IMG/VR virus record: IMGVR_UViG_3300029305_002733
Span: 19,602 to 83,601 of that record
Strand: one strand, 5' to 3'
DNA length: 64,000 nt
Origin: a virus
Lineage: Duplodnaviria > Caudoviricetes
In this document: one piece after another, positions 18,702-29,167 of the stretch
Layout: every line of letters begins with the position of its first letter
How positions within the stretch are numbered: the stretch's first letter is position 1
Position numbers and translations under genes: made by a program
Notes under the pieces: generated by a model
Seen by the model: the letters and a program-made list of their open reading frames with translations, nothing else
The model's database searches: none
What the model was told of the DNA's origin: nothing

Positions 18702-20672
18702 CTAATTAATCATTTCTAAATAATCCTGCTCGGATATAATCTTGCAGCCCACTTGCTTTGCCTTGGTGTTTTTGGAAGAACTACTGTTTACGTCATTATT
18801 TATGAGATAATTGGTCTTAGATGTTACAGAACTCACATACTTTCCACCATGTTCCTCAATATCACTAATTAAAGCATCACGGTTCTTAAATCTTTCTAAT
18901 GAACCGGTAATGCAGAAAGTGGCATTATTTAAACTCTTACCATTATTTTTATTATGCGTAGTTTCAACAATAAAATTAAATTCCTGCTTCAGTGCTAGGA
19001 ATTCAATCCAATGTTTGTTCATCCAACTAACTAATGATTCATACATTGCCTGACCAAAACCTTCAATCTTGGTAAACTGCTTTGCCTTACCGGTACTCAT
19101 AATTTCACAGAACTTTTCAATATCTCCGTTACAGAACTTTGCAATATCTTTACTTACTGTACGGCCAATAAGTGGAATGGATTGTGCGCAAATGAAACGC
19201 TCGGCCGTAGTTGTTCTAGACTTTTCAATTGCTTCTCTTATTTTATCAACAGACTTTTTCCCAAAGCCCGGAGTTGCAACCCATTTCTGGTATACTTCTT
19301 TATAGAATGGAATCCTATACAAATCCTTAATGGACTTCACTTCTAGCTCTTCAATCATATATTCAAGTGTTGCTTCCGAGAGTCCGTCGATATCCAGTGC
19401 ATTCTTACTTACCGCATTACACAACTTACCAAGCAACTTACCCTGACAGTCTTCGTTGCTGCACATCAGAACTTTAGTATCATTGTCCTTTACAATCTTG
19501 GTTAATCCACCACAAATCGGACATACATCTGGAAATGTAATTGTATTACTTCTTGTAAGATTATCTGCAATTTGTGGAATTATCATATTTGCCTTATATA
19601 CAGTAATTGTATCTCCAATACCTAATTCAAGTTCCTGACAAAGACTCCAGTTGTGCACGGAAGCTCTTTCTACAGTTGTGCCTTCAATTTCAACCGGATT
19701 GAAAATCGCTACCGGACAAAGACAACCTGTTTTACCCATGCTCCACTGGATTTCCTTTAAAGTAGTTTCATAAACATCATCCTTAAACTTAAATGCTATC
19801 TGGGATCTTACGTGATGCCCCGTCATTCCCAAAGACTCTCCATAGGCCACATCCGAGTATCCGAAAACGACTCCATCTATTGGATATCCCTTTCCTTCAG
19901 CAGCTCTTACCAAATCATTGATAATATTCTGAATCTCATCTCTGGAAGAACCTTTTCCCACCTTGAGATAAGGAACCACTTCAAATCCAAGAGCGTTTAA
20001 CTTGAATAGTCTTGTGCAGAAATCATTATCTTCCATTCCCTTAATAACTTTCCATGCGACAAACTTAAGACCTCTCTGCTTTGCAATCTTACTATCGAGC
20101 TGGCGAATTGAGCCGCTTGCTAAGTTACGTGGGTTCTTATATTTTTCATCTGCCGGTAAACATGCGTTAATTTTCTCAAAAGTTGGATAGTCAATAATCA
20201 TTTCTCCGTCCACAATCAAGTCATCATAAGAAACTCTCAAAGGAATATTGGTAACTACCTTGGCATTATGCAGAATATCCTCACCAATTTCACCCGTCCC
20301 GCGTGTCTCTGCGCCAATCAAATCTCCATTATATTGGAGTGAGCAGGTTAGGCCATCCATCTTTAACATCGCTATTCCATCATGGTTTTTAAAGAAATTA
20401 ACAATATCATCTACACTCTTTGTCTTATCAAGTGATAACATCGGATGATTATGTTTAATTTTATTCAGTTCAGACTTTACTTCATAACCAACAGTTTGCG
20501 TTGGACTATTACTCATGTAAACACCGGTTTCTTTTTCCAACTCTACCAGTCTATCAAACAATCTGTCATATTCCTGATCGCTTACACTCGGATTAGATTT
20601 ATTATAATACTCGTCCCGGTAAATATTTAACTGCTCCACTAACCGCTTCATTTCATTGATTTTTTCATTCAT
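18702..20672 (-). CDS. ligA: NAD-dependent DNA ligase
   Basis: HPMLSLDK, KMDG, TRGTGEIGEDI, KNPRNLASGSIRQLD, IDGVVF, Zn finger, BRCT (FCITGSL); probable start MNEKINE at 20672 with RBS. Confidence 0.97.
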   Translation of the reverse strand: MNEKINEMKRLVEQLNIYRDEYYNKSNPSVSDQEYDRLFDRLVELEKETGVYMSNSPTQTVGYEVKSELNKIKHNHPMLSLDKTKSVDDIVNFFKNHDGIAMLKMDGLTCSLQYNGDLIGAETRGTGEIGEDILHNAKVVTNIPLRVSYDDLIVDGEMIIDYPTFEKINACLPADEKYKNPRNLASGSIRQLDSKIAKQRGLKFVAWKVIKGMEDNDFCTRLFKLNALGFEVVPYLKVGKGSSRDEIQNIINDLVRAAEGKGYPIDGVVFGYSDVAYGESLGMTGHHVRSQIAFKFKDDVYETTLKEIQWSMGKTGCLCPVAIFNPVEIEGTTVERASVHNWSLCQELELGIGDTITVYKANMIIPQIADNLTRSNTITFPDVCPICGGLTKIVKDNDTKVLMCSNEDCQGKLLGKLCNAVSKNALDIDGLSEATLEYMIEELEVKSIKDLYRIPFYKEVYQKWVATPGFGKKSVDKIREAIEKSRTTTAERFICAQSIPLIGRTVSKDIAKFCNGDIEKFCEIMSTGKAKQFTKIEGFGQAMYESLVSWMNKHWIEFLALKQEFNFIVETTHNKNNGKSLNNATFCITGSLERFKNRDALISDIEEHGGKYVSSVTSKTNYLINNDVNSSSSKNTKAKQVGCKIISEQDYLEMIN

Positions 20673-20813
20673 AATCTTTTCCCTTTCTTGCAATTTTTCA
20701 GCTATGCAAAAGTTTTTTTCACATAGCTGAAAAGTTTTTTCACTCATTGAAAATTTGTATGTAGTTTGTTTCGTTATCTTTTTCAGATACTTCCATTTTA
20801 ATTATATCTAGTT

Positions 20814-21074
20814 TTAAAGCTTTGTAATATAAATGTTTTCGTTCTTTAGATGAATCTGATATTCGTTCTCAATTTCATCGTAAAAAATCTCAATTCCGTC
20901 AATTTCCCGGATGTTTAAGATACAACCCTCTCCCTCAATATAAATTTTTTCATCAAAATTGTACTCATACGGTATAAAAGAATAAACTGATACACTACTG
21001 TTATTCTCTTGACATACACTAATCTGATTTTCTCCCTCTACCGCATTCATAATCATGTTAATAAACTGCTGCAT
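20814..21074 (-). CDS. Hypothetical protein
   Basis: GGAGG RBS before MQQF; promoter TTGACA-17-TACAAT at 21109-21137. Confidence 0.6.
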   Translation of the reverse strand: MQQFINMIMNAVEGENQISVCQENNSSVSVYSFIPYEYNFDEKIYIEGEGCILNIREIDGIEIFYDEIENEYQIHLKNENIYITKL

Positions 21075-21233
21075 TTCTTCTATACCTCCATTATTATTAT
21101 TCATACTCATTGTAAAATATTATTCCCTTTTTGTCAACTATTTTATTTAATTTCATCTAGTTACTGCTATTTTTCACCAAACTGACATACATTTTTCACT
21201 ACTTGAAAATTAATTGAGAAAAATACCTAGCTA

Positions 21234-22178
21234 TTATGCCAGGTATTTTTCATATTTTTCATAGAACGCACCTTTACTTGGAATCCTACATCCAAATTGC
21301 TGCGTAATCTCTTTTGTATGTTCGAAAATAAATTCTTTGCAACTTATACCAAGTTCTTCACTCCTCTTCTTAATAAAAGCAATTCTTCCACTTTCATAAA
21401 AAGCATTTCCTTTTATATAATCAGAAATTCCAATAGCTGACGCACATCGTACAATTCGATTATATAATCTCCGGCCTGCACGATATTCATCATCACTACG
21501 AAGTGTATTTGGATAATTCTTTATTATTAAATCTTCTTTTTGTAAATTTATCGGAGGTTTTGTGTCTCCATAAGGATAATAAAATAATTCTTCATCAGAC
21601 TGTATAGCAAGGTTATATAACTCTTCACTTACTTGAATTGTTCTGCCAGTACATAAAGTAACTTTGCCATCATGAAAATCTGAGAGTTTTAAATTTGTCA
21701 ATTCCTTATATTGTTCTCCTTTAATTCCCTCAAATAAAGCCAAAAACATAAATCCGTCACTTGGATTATTAAGCTGTCTAGCCCAAGCAAGCACTTGTTC
21801 TCTGGTAACAATTTTCTTATCGTTCACTATATTGTTTATACAAGACATAAAAATGTCTTTATTAATTTCTATAAAATGATTCTGTGCATCTGCTACTAAA
21901 TTCTGTTCCAAACACCATTGAGTGTATAATGATAAATGACTATTACTAACCTGTAATACTTCATAGGAAGATTCATTCCATGTTTTATACATATTCACGA
22001 TTTCATAATACGTAAAACTACTTACATCTTTCCCTAATTCAGTTTCAAACTTTTCTGTTTTACTAAACAGTCGTTCTAAATAACCATTTGCCATAATTGT
22101 AGAGTCTATTTTAAATTCTATATATCTCGATTTTATATCATTATTATACATTTCAGCCATATTATTGTACCTCCTCAA
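21234..22178 (-). CDS. Integrase-fold DNA-binding protein, SPbeta YopR/MrpR-like repressor candidate
   Basis: FLALFEGIKG...ELTNLKLSDF and AFYESGRI segments; lacks the canonical HxxR; third gene of a yopP-Q-R-like triad. Confidence 0.7.
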   Translation of the reverse strand: MRRYNNMAEMYNNDIKSRYIEFKIDSTIMANGYLERLFSKTEKFETELGKDVSSFTYYEIVNMYKTWNESSYEVLQVSNSHLSLYTQWCLEQNLVADAQNHFIEINKDIFMSCINNIVNDKKIVTREQVLAWARQLNNPSDGFMFLALFEGIKGEQYKELTNLKLSDFHDGKVTLCTGRTIQVSEELYNLAIQSDEELFYYPYGDTKPPINLQKEDLIIKNYPNTLRSDDEYRAGRRLYNRIVRCASAIGISDYIKGNAFYESGRIAFIKKRSEELGISCKEFIFEHTKEITQQFGCRIPSKGAFYEKYEKYLA

Positions 22179-23442
22179 ACAATTTATCTAAATCGTTAGT
22201 TAATGTTTTACCAAGTTTCTTAGCTGGCTGTAACTTTGCTTTATTAATTCTATCAATTCTAGTAGTTATACCGGATATATATTTCTCAAATTTATTTGCA
22301 TCATCAATACGAGAAAATACATATAATGTAATCAACATATCTACATAAGAATACTTTTTCATTCCATAATCAATATTTGACATAATTAAAGAGTTAAACT
22401 TATTTTTAACTTTCTGCATTACTTCAAAGTACAATTGATTTTCATTTGTTCCTTCGGAGCCTTGACAGAAGAAATAATCTAACACCTTAATAAATTCTGA
22501 TCTAGATAACTTACCGCCGGTATTATTGATTTCTCCAAAAAGTCTAAAAGATGTATCCTTATTTAAATCTTGGGCAACTCTATTTGCTACACCATAAGAA
22601 TACATCGCCTTTTCATCAATTTTCTTCATTTCTGTCTTCTGGGATTCTTGATAAACAAAGTATTTCGCTTTGTCCTCAGAGAATTTTACAATTCGTAACT
22701 CCCATGGATAGTTTACATCTGGATTCATATCTTTTTCACGACACATAGACACGTATCTGTGATAACCATCAGAAATATCAAAATACTTTAACGAACCTAT
22801 TACAAGTGCGCGTTGTTCTTTGTCATAATAAAAATCAAATTCTTCCGGAGGAATATTTAATGTAATAGCTGTAGGAATATACTCTTCTTTCTGTAAGCTT
22901 TTTCTAATTCCCGTAATTGTCTTTTCATTTTGAGTAATTTTCCATTGTTCACCATTTCGTGTCATTACTCGTGTTAACGCTCTCTGAGCATTGATATTGT
23001 AATTTATCATCTGCGCTCTTCTTAAGTCCATAAAGAAATTTGTATCCGTAGCACCAATCCATTGATCATCAGCTACCTGAATACATGGGATAACAAGAGG
23101 AAATTTTATTTCATCCTTTGGAAGCTTCATCTTTGAAAAATTTTCAATTTCAATTTCAGTAAAGAAACTCTCCAAGACATTCTTATCATTAGTAATTTGT
23201 ATAATTCCGTCTAGTAAACAAAATAAAACATATTCGGTCTGCTCTGCAAGTTTAGCTCTAGCAATCATATCTGTTGCTGTGCCAGTCGGAATTTCGTACT
23301 TCTCATACATGTAATCAACAACTTCGCTTGTTTTCTTTGCATTTAATGCAATCTTTTCACATTCATGTAACAAATACTTTTCTAATACTTCTCTATCTTT
23401 CTTCATAACGCAGAACCTCCTTCTCTTGTTTAATATTACCAT
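22162..23442 (-). CDS. DGQHR/DndB-like (ParB-superfamily) protein, YopQ-like
   Basis: YNINAQR, YIPTAITLN, FDISDGYHRY. Confidence 0.7.
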   Translation of the reverse strand: MVILNKRRRFCVMKKDREVLEKYLLHECEKIALNAKKTSEVVDYMYEKYEIPTGTATDMIARAKLAEQTEYVLFCLLDGIIQITNDKNVLESFFTEIEIENFSKMKLPKDEIKFPLVIPCIQVADDQWIGATDTNFFMDLRRAQMINYNINAQRALTRVMTRNGEQWKITQNEKTITGIRKSLQKEEYIPTAITLNIPPEEFDFYYDKEQRALVIGSLKYFDISDGYHRYVSMCREKDMNPDVNYPWELRIVKFSEDKAKYFVYQESQKTEMKKIDEKAMYSYGVANRVAQDLNKDTSFRLFGEINNTGGKLSRSEFIKVLDYFFCQGSEGTNENQLYFEVMQKVKNKFNSLIMSNIDYGMKKYSYVDMLITLYVFSRIDDANKFEKYISGITTRIDRINKAKLQPAKKLGKTLTNDLDKLFEEVQ

Positions 23443-23484
23443 ATACTTTTAATTTTGTCTAGTGTTAGTTTAAACAAAAATATA

Positions 23485-24498
23485 TTATGATTTTCTTATT
23501 GTAATTTTTGACATAATATTTGCCGCCTTTTGGCTGTTAACATCTTCTTGGCCTCGAATATAATTCTCAGTTACTTTTGGGCTACTATGTCCCATCATTT
23601 TTTGTACAAAATATACATCTTTTGTACTATCATATAACGCTGTTCCATAACTAGCTCTAAGTTTATGAGGAGTAATGTTCTTACCCTTAATGCCTTCTGC
23701 ATATTTTTTTACAACTTTAGCAACGGCACCGGAACACATTCTTTCTCTTCGATTAGCTATAAATAATGCGCTTTCTTGTTTTCCTTTTAAAAGGATATCT
23801 CTTTTTTCAAGCCATTCATAAATATAAACCATTAATTCATCAGACAAATCGAAGGTTTTAATGTGGTCGCCTTTATCAATTACTAATAATTTTTGATTTT
23901 TAAAATCAATATTTTCTAAATCTAATTTGCATAACGCAGTACATCTAATTCCAGTATTAAGAAACAATAAAACAATAAGCAAATCTCGCTCTTTCCATTC
24001 CTTTTGTCTGTTTTTAGATCTTTCTGACCCGCTTCCCTTTTCAACCGCAGCAATGTACTTTTTAATTTCTTTAGTGTCCATCCAGCCTTTGTTTCTCTTT
24101 TCAATAGTTTCAGTACTTTCTTTAAACTGTGGTCGTTGTACATGTGCCATTGGGTTCGATTTATTTTTTTCACTAGCATACAAATATTCAGAGAATTTTT
24201 TCAATGCAGAATACATGGCAATCTGATAAGAGACAACGTTGTTTTCGTAATTATTCAGGAAGGAAGTATAATCATCAAGATTGACATCGGAAACATCTTT
24301 TTTATTCCAATCCATGAACTTAACAACAAAACGGATGTAATCGTATTTCGTATTTAAGGATGTACGAGTACCCATAAAATTCTTAAAACCAATCAAATAT
24401 GGCTTATCAGTGTTTTTGTTTATTAGATTATTAATTTTCTCATTCTTTTTTCTTTCAACAATTTCATTCCCGTTCATCTTACTTTCCCTCCTTGTCAA
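23485..24498 (-). CDS. XerC/D-like tyrosine recombinase (YopP-like position)
   Basis: Full catalytic set: TGIR, DKG, HKLR, GH, Y (TENYI). Confidence 0.92.
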   Translation of the reverse strand: MTRRESKMNGNEIVERKKNEKINNLINKNTDKPYLIGFKNFMGTRTSLNTKYDYIRFVVKFMDWNKKDVSDVNLDDYTSFLNNYENNVVSYQIAMYSALKKFSEYLYASEKNKSNPMAHVQRPQFKESTETIEKRNKGWMDTKEIKKYIAAVEKGSGSERSKNRQKEWKERDLLIVLLFLNTGIRCTALCKLDLENIDFKNQKLLVIDKGDHIKTFDLSDELMVYIYEWLEKRDILLKGKQESALFIANRRERMCSGAVAKVVKKYAEGIKGKNITPHKLRASYGTALYDSTKDVYFVQKMMGHSSPKVTENYIRGQEDVNSQKAANIMSKITIRKS

Positions 24499-24504
24499 TT
24501 AATA

Positions 24505-24738
24505 TTAAACAATTTCGTTTAATAATTCAAGTATATCATCTGTTTTTTCAATAACATCTTCCATATTATTAATTGCACTTTCAGAATTATAAGCCCTTTC
24601 AGAATTCTGTAAGTTCTCAGGGATACAATCAAAATATGTCTGCTCATCATCTAAGATTTGTTGTAATTGGTCTCTTATTTTGTCAAATTTAGATATAACT
24701 TCTTCTATTTGTTTTCTTCTTTCTTTATTCATCAACAT
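24505..24738 (-). CDS. Small coiled-coil phage protein
   Basis: MNKERRKQI...IPENLQNSER pattern common in phages. Confidence 0.6.
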   Translation of the reverse strand: MLMNKERRKQIEEVISKFDKIRDQLQQILDDEQTYFDCIPENLQNSERAYNSESAINNMEDVIEKTDDILELLNEIV

Positions 24739-25439
24739 CTTCCACCTTTTACAAATATTGCGCCAATATTCTTTGCATACTGGAACAATTCATCTTTTGT
24801 CATTCCACTATTCCCTTCATTGGCAAGATAATCACAACGCCAACGATTATATTTATCATCAGCTTCTAAATACTTTAAATTCTTTCTTGCATCTATACCG
24901 CATTCATATAGCCGAAATTTATATTTCGCATCTACATATACACTTCTATTATGTCTAATATCATTGCGAGGTACACTATAGTCTATAACGTTTTTATCAA
25001 CTTCAAGCAGCAAATTATCACTTACTCTTCTTTGAAAGTATTCCCATGGAAGAATACCAATTGTCGGATCTTTTCTTTTTTCTTTTGAAGAATAAGCATA
25101 CCTGCCTTCTTTAATGGCTTTTTCCTTTTCCTTTTTATTATCTTCAGCCCAACTTAGCTCTTCCTGTTGTCGCTTCAATCGTTCTTCTTGACTATAGTTC
25201 CGGAGAATTTCGTTTGTCTTCATGTCTAAATCAACTTTATCTCCAGTTCGATAGTCTGTTACATGTTCTAAAATTCTATGATTGTTATCAATGCGACGTT
25301 GTTTTCCATGCCAATCTAAATAATATTTTTGATTTGCGTTCTTTGCATTTTGTTTACTTCTATTGTCTTCTATACCATTCTTACATGAATGAACAAATGC
25401 CCCGATCAAAAAAATAATAATCACAAATAGTCCCCACAT
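24732..25439 (-). CDS. Hypothetical protein with N-terminal membrane anchor
   Basis: Hydrophobic N-terminus; AGGAGG RBS. Confidence 0.65.
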   Translation of the reverse strand: MWGLFVIIIFLIGAFVHSCKNGIEDNRSKQNAKNANQKYYLDWHGKQRRIDNNHRILEHVTDYRTGDKVDLDMKTNEILRNYSQEERLKRQQEELSWAEDNKKEKEKAIKEGRYAYSSKEKRKDPTIGILPWEYFQRRVSDNLLLEVDKNVIDYSVPRNDIRHNRSVYVDAKYKFRLYECGIDARKNLKYLEADDKYNRWRCDYLANEGNSGMTKDELFQYAKNIGAIFVKGGRC

Positions 25440-25505
25440 TTATTAAATTATCCTCCTTATAAACAAAATTATCTTGCATCAAAGTAGCAACACTCCTTTC
25501 ATTTA

Positions 25506-25534
25506 ATTATATCTAGTTTACCAACAAATGTCAA
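25506..25534 (-). promoter_or_regulatory. sigmaA promoter overlapped by the repeated directional motif
   Basis: TTGACA-17-TATAAT; the -10 box lies inside AACTAGATATAATTAAA. Confidence 0.8.
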
Positions 25535-25542
25535 CTATAATT

Positions 25543-26262
25543 TTAATGTGCAGGGAAAATAACAGATTCATGTTCCTTCAGCTTAAAACAGCCTTCCTCG
25601 TTATAATGACAATGAGCACAATTACCCTTGCAGTAATAGCTACCATAATCAGGTGCCGTAGTAAAACCGTCTGTATACAACACATGACTTGTAGGAAGAT
25701 TATGTCTATTTTCCATCGGTGTATTTTTCCAAGCACTCATAATACAATGAACATTAGGTTCAAACTTATTTGTATCTAAGAAATCATTAACTGCTTCATA
25801 AGTTTTAGTAAAAAATAAGATATCACATTTCGGATTTTCCCTTGCCACCTTGTTAATGAAAGGTAAATCTTCTGCTGTGATATCTCCACCAACGTTCAAT
25901 CTTAATGCTTGAACACAATGATATTTAATTCCACAATTTACTTCTTCCCAAAATCTACTAATATCCAACCGATGAACCGCAGAGTTTCTTGCACGATCAT
26001 TCTGTACTGCTGGCTGGAAACATACATTGATTACATCATAACATTCTTTTTTGCATTCTTTGCAATTATGGCCACAATCTGCGATAGGAATTAAACTTAC
26101 TGTATAAACATTTTTTCCGGTTTTAGAATTACCTTGCTGTAATTTAACATGTACATTTTCAATATCTTTTTCATACTCTTTACGTAATTCAACCATCTTC
26201 TGTACTCTACCCATAATTGTTTCTGTGCTAACATTCTTAATTTTCTTAGGTTCTAATCCCAT
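25543..26262 (-). CDS. GP88-like Cys-rich protein
   Basis: GNSKTG, C-x3-C-x2-C-x3-CY, RLNVGGD, FTKTY, CKGNCAHC. Confidence 0.65.
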   Translation of the reverse strand: MGLEPKKIKNVSTETIMGRVQKMVELRKEYEKDIENVHVKLQQGNSKTGKNVYTVSLIPIADCGHNCKECKKECYDVINVCFQPAVQNDRARNSAVHRLDISRFWEEVNCGIKYHCVQALRLNVGGDITAEDLPFINKVARENPKCDILFFTKTYEAVNDFLDTNKFEPNVHCIMSAWKNTPMENRHNLPTSHVLYTDGFTTAPDYGSYYCKGNCAHCHYNEEGCFKLKEHESVIFPAH

Positions 26263-26294
26263 TTTCCTCTACCTCTTTTCTTAAATTTGCGCAT

Positions 26295-26327
26295 AAAAAA
26301 GAGACATCAGATTTCTCTAATGTCTCT
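26295..26327 (-). terminator. Rho-independent terminator
   Basis: GAGACAT/ATGTCTC stem followed by T6 on the minus strand. Confidence 0.6.
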
Positions 26328-26423
26328 CGGTGATCAAAGAATACTTTTATTCACATACGATAAACTTGTTTGTAAACCAGTTTACAAACAACTTCCTGTT
26401 GAATCAAATTTCACTTTTATTGG

Positions 26424-27182
26424 CTACGCTGCATTATAATTTTTATCATTTCTAATATCAACTTTATACTTGTATAATGCATTATACACTTGCTCAGGAA
26501 TTATTTCCTTATATTCATCTGCAACTTGCTTTATGTACTCTTCTTTTGCTTGGGCATATACTTCATAAGCATCCATAACTGTATCATAAACACCAAGCTC
26601 CCTTGTGTTGTATTTTGCCAAATAGCCATTCCCTTGCTGAACAATACCATTTGGTAATCCTCTGTTGTTTGATTTGTTCATGAAAATCATACTAATTCTT
26701 TGTGGTATTACTAAGCACCTATTAGGAGCATATACTTTGTTACCAGGATACAGAATGTCTTTATCTACATGAAGTCTCTCATTAACATCATATTTATGAG
26801 CTTCATACCAATCTGCAAAAGTGTGAAAACATTGCCATTCACTACATACGGTTGAAGTTCCATAGTATGCTGGATATTTTTCTTTTTCCTTTTCGCCATA
26901 GCAACGAGCAATAATTTCATGCCATATATTATATGTCCTTGATGTTTTATCATCTACTTTTGTTGGATGATCTCCAAGACCAATATAACCAACACCATGT
27001 ACAATCCTATCATAAGGATTTTTTACTACGCCTCTTTTAAAGTTTTGATATGTTTGATGCTCTTTGATGTAATGGAATTCGTCTAAAAATTCAACATCAA
27101 TATCTGCACTATTTTCATATCTAATAATTCTCATTGGCGTTCCTCTTGTGTTTCTATTTATTTCATATAATCTTTCGTTCAA
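26424..27182 (-). CDS. HNH-like homing endonuclease family protein, paralogue 1
   Basis: TYNIWHEIIARCY, CSEWQCFHTFADW, HVDKDILYPGNKVY; C-terminal AP2-like segment. Confidence 0.75.
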   Translation of the reverse strand: MNERLYEINRNTRGTPMRIIRYENSADIDVEFLDEFHYIKEHQTYQNFKRGVVKNPYDRIVHGVGYIGLGDHPTKVDDKTSRTYNIWHEIIARCYGEKEKEKYPAYYGTSTVCSEWQCFHTFADWYEAHKYDVNERLHVDKDILYPGNKVYAPNRCLVIPQRISMIFMNKSNNRGLPNGIVQQGNGYLAKYNTRELGVYDTVMDAYEVYAQAKEEYIKQVADEYKEIIPEQVYNALYKYKVDIRNDKNYNAA

Positions 27183-27227
27183 TACTTACTCCTTTCATAA
27201 AAGTCAATAACACTAGAATTTGGTAGA

Positions 27228-27977
27228 CTATGCTGCCATCAAATTCTTATCATTTCTAATATCTACTTTGTATCTAAGCATAGCTTCATAAACATGTTCT
27301 GGTATCATATCTTTGTATTCTTCAGCTACTTGCTTAATATGATTCTCTTTTGCATTAGCATATGCTGAGTATGCACCTTCTAAAGAATCAAATATACCAA
27401 GTTCTACAAGATTGTATCTCGAAGAATATCCATCTCCCACCTGCATAACTCCATTCGGCAATCCTCTTTTATTCTCTTTATTGGTAAAGAGCATATTAAT
27501 TCTCTGAGGAACTAATAAACAAGTGTATGGAGAATAGATTTTATTTCCCGGATAAAGAATATCCTTGTCCAAATGCAATCTGCCTTCGCATTCATACTTA
27601 TTTGCATCAAACCAATCAGCAAATGTCTGATAACATTTCCAATCTTCACAAACGGTACAAACATCATAATAAGCTTCGTAAATGTCTGAACGTCCTTCTT
27701 CGTAGCATCTGCCAATCATATCGTGCCATGCATTATATGTACGCACTCTTTTATTATTAATCTTTGTTTGGTGTTTTCCTACGCCTAAATACCCGATCCC
27801 GTATACAGACTTATCATATGGATTTTTCATATTGCCCTTTTTAAAATTCTGATATACTGCATGTCTTACGACATAATTATGATCATCCATGAACATAACA
27901 TCAATATCAGAACTACTTCCATAACGGATAATTTTCATTGGCGTACCATATCTATTGTAATTTATTTCTCCTAACAA
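27228..27977 (-). CDS. HNH-like homing endonuclease family protein, paralogue 2
   Basis: TYNAWHDMIGRCY, HLDKDILYPGNKIYSP...QRIN; colinear with paralogue 1. Confidence 0.75.
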   Translation of the reverse strand: MLGEINYNRYGTPMKIIRYGSSSDIDVMFMDDHNYVVRHAVYQNFKKGNMKNPYDKSVYGIGYLGVGKHQTKINNKRVRTYNAWHDMIGRCYEEGRSDIYEAYYDVCTVCEDWKCYQTFADWFDANKYECEGRLHLDKDILYPGNKIYSPYTCLLVPQRINMLFTNKENKRGLPNGVMQVGDGYSSRYNLVELGIFDSLEGAYSAYANAKENHIKQVAEEYKDMIPEHVYEAMLRYKVDIRNDKNLMAA

Positions 27978-29167
27978 TACAAACTCCTTTCATAAAATTA
28001 AAAGTGAAGGAAATCAGCCTTCTATCTTACCTCGTTTAATACCTCTTGATAGTATCCATAAGAATCATTTTTCCACAACTTCTCTGCTTCTTTAACTTTC
28101 TCCATAGTTTCCGGTGTAGGATAGCCAAGAATTTCTCCAGCTAAAAATCCCTTACAATAATCGTCCCACATATGATCGCTGACAGAAATAGTTTCATCAC
28201 AAATTCCATCTACTGTTTCATCCATAATTTCATAGAATGCAAAATTAATATCACAACCATTATCTTCTGCGTAATCAACTATGATTTTAGCAAATGTTGC
28301 ACAATCTTCACTGCCAGTCCATTCACTAACTCTGTCATCATCTCTCTCATTTAATTCCATATCAAAGTAATAACCTACTTCCATTGCCTTTTTAAAAATA
28401 TTATTCATATCATATACCTCCTAATCAAACCATTCTTCTATTTCATTCTACTAAGAATTTCTGTCTTCAATTTATCTACCTTAATCTGTAATTTATCAAC
28501 TTCATCGAGTTTATTCTGTTCTGTTTTAATACTCATCCAGATTAAAGCCTTTTCTAATTCATTCAATAATTCTTCGTTTGATTTGTCTTTCATTACTACC
28601 TCCAACTTACGTACTAACTTGCGTATTATCTTACTTTTACTAATTTGTAAAACTTTGTTTCGTCACCGCCACTAGAAAGCAATCTGTAAAACAACTGTTC
28701 TGCCGGAACCAAACTATTAAATTCATAAGTCGCTGGCATCTTCCACATTGTTTTCATTCTGTTGGTAATATACACCTTATCACCATTGCAATATAATTCT
28801 TTTGCTTCTTCTTCTGAAATCTCTATGTATTTATCCATATCATTCACCTCTACCAAATTAATCTTTTATTCAACCTCAATAACAATTTTAACACCATATC
28901 CAGTATCTTTAGGCATAGCATATATATATGTAATTTCCATGTCTAAAATATCTTCAATATCAGAATGGTTCGCTTCTTCGAATTCATCACCTTCGGCATG
29001 AATTTGATATTCTTCAATAATATCATCATACTCCTTAATTTGATACCCACCTTGAATTCTAATTCCCTGGTCTAATAAATCTCTAATACTCATATTTACC
29101 ACCTCTCATCATATCACATTTTTCGAGCTATTTCCATATTTTTCTGGAAAGCAAATCCGTATTTTAT

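Noticed and set aside
20673-20747. N-terminal extension of LigA in the ORF track, with a short AAAAGTTTTTTTCAC direct repeat
   Set aside because: The RBS favours the start at 20672; the repeat is low-complexity
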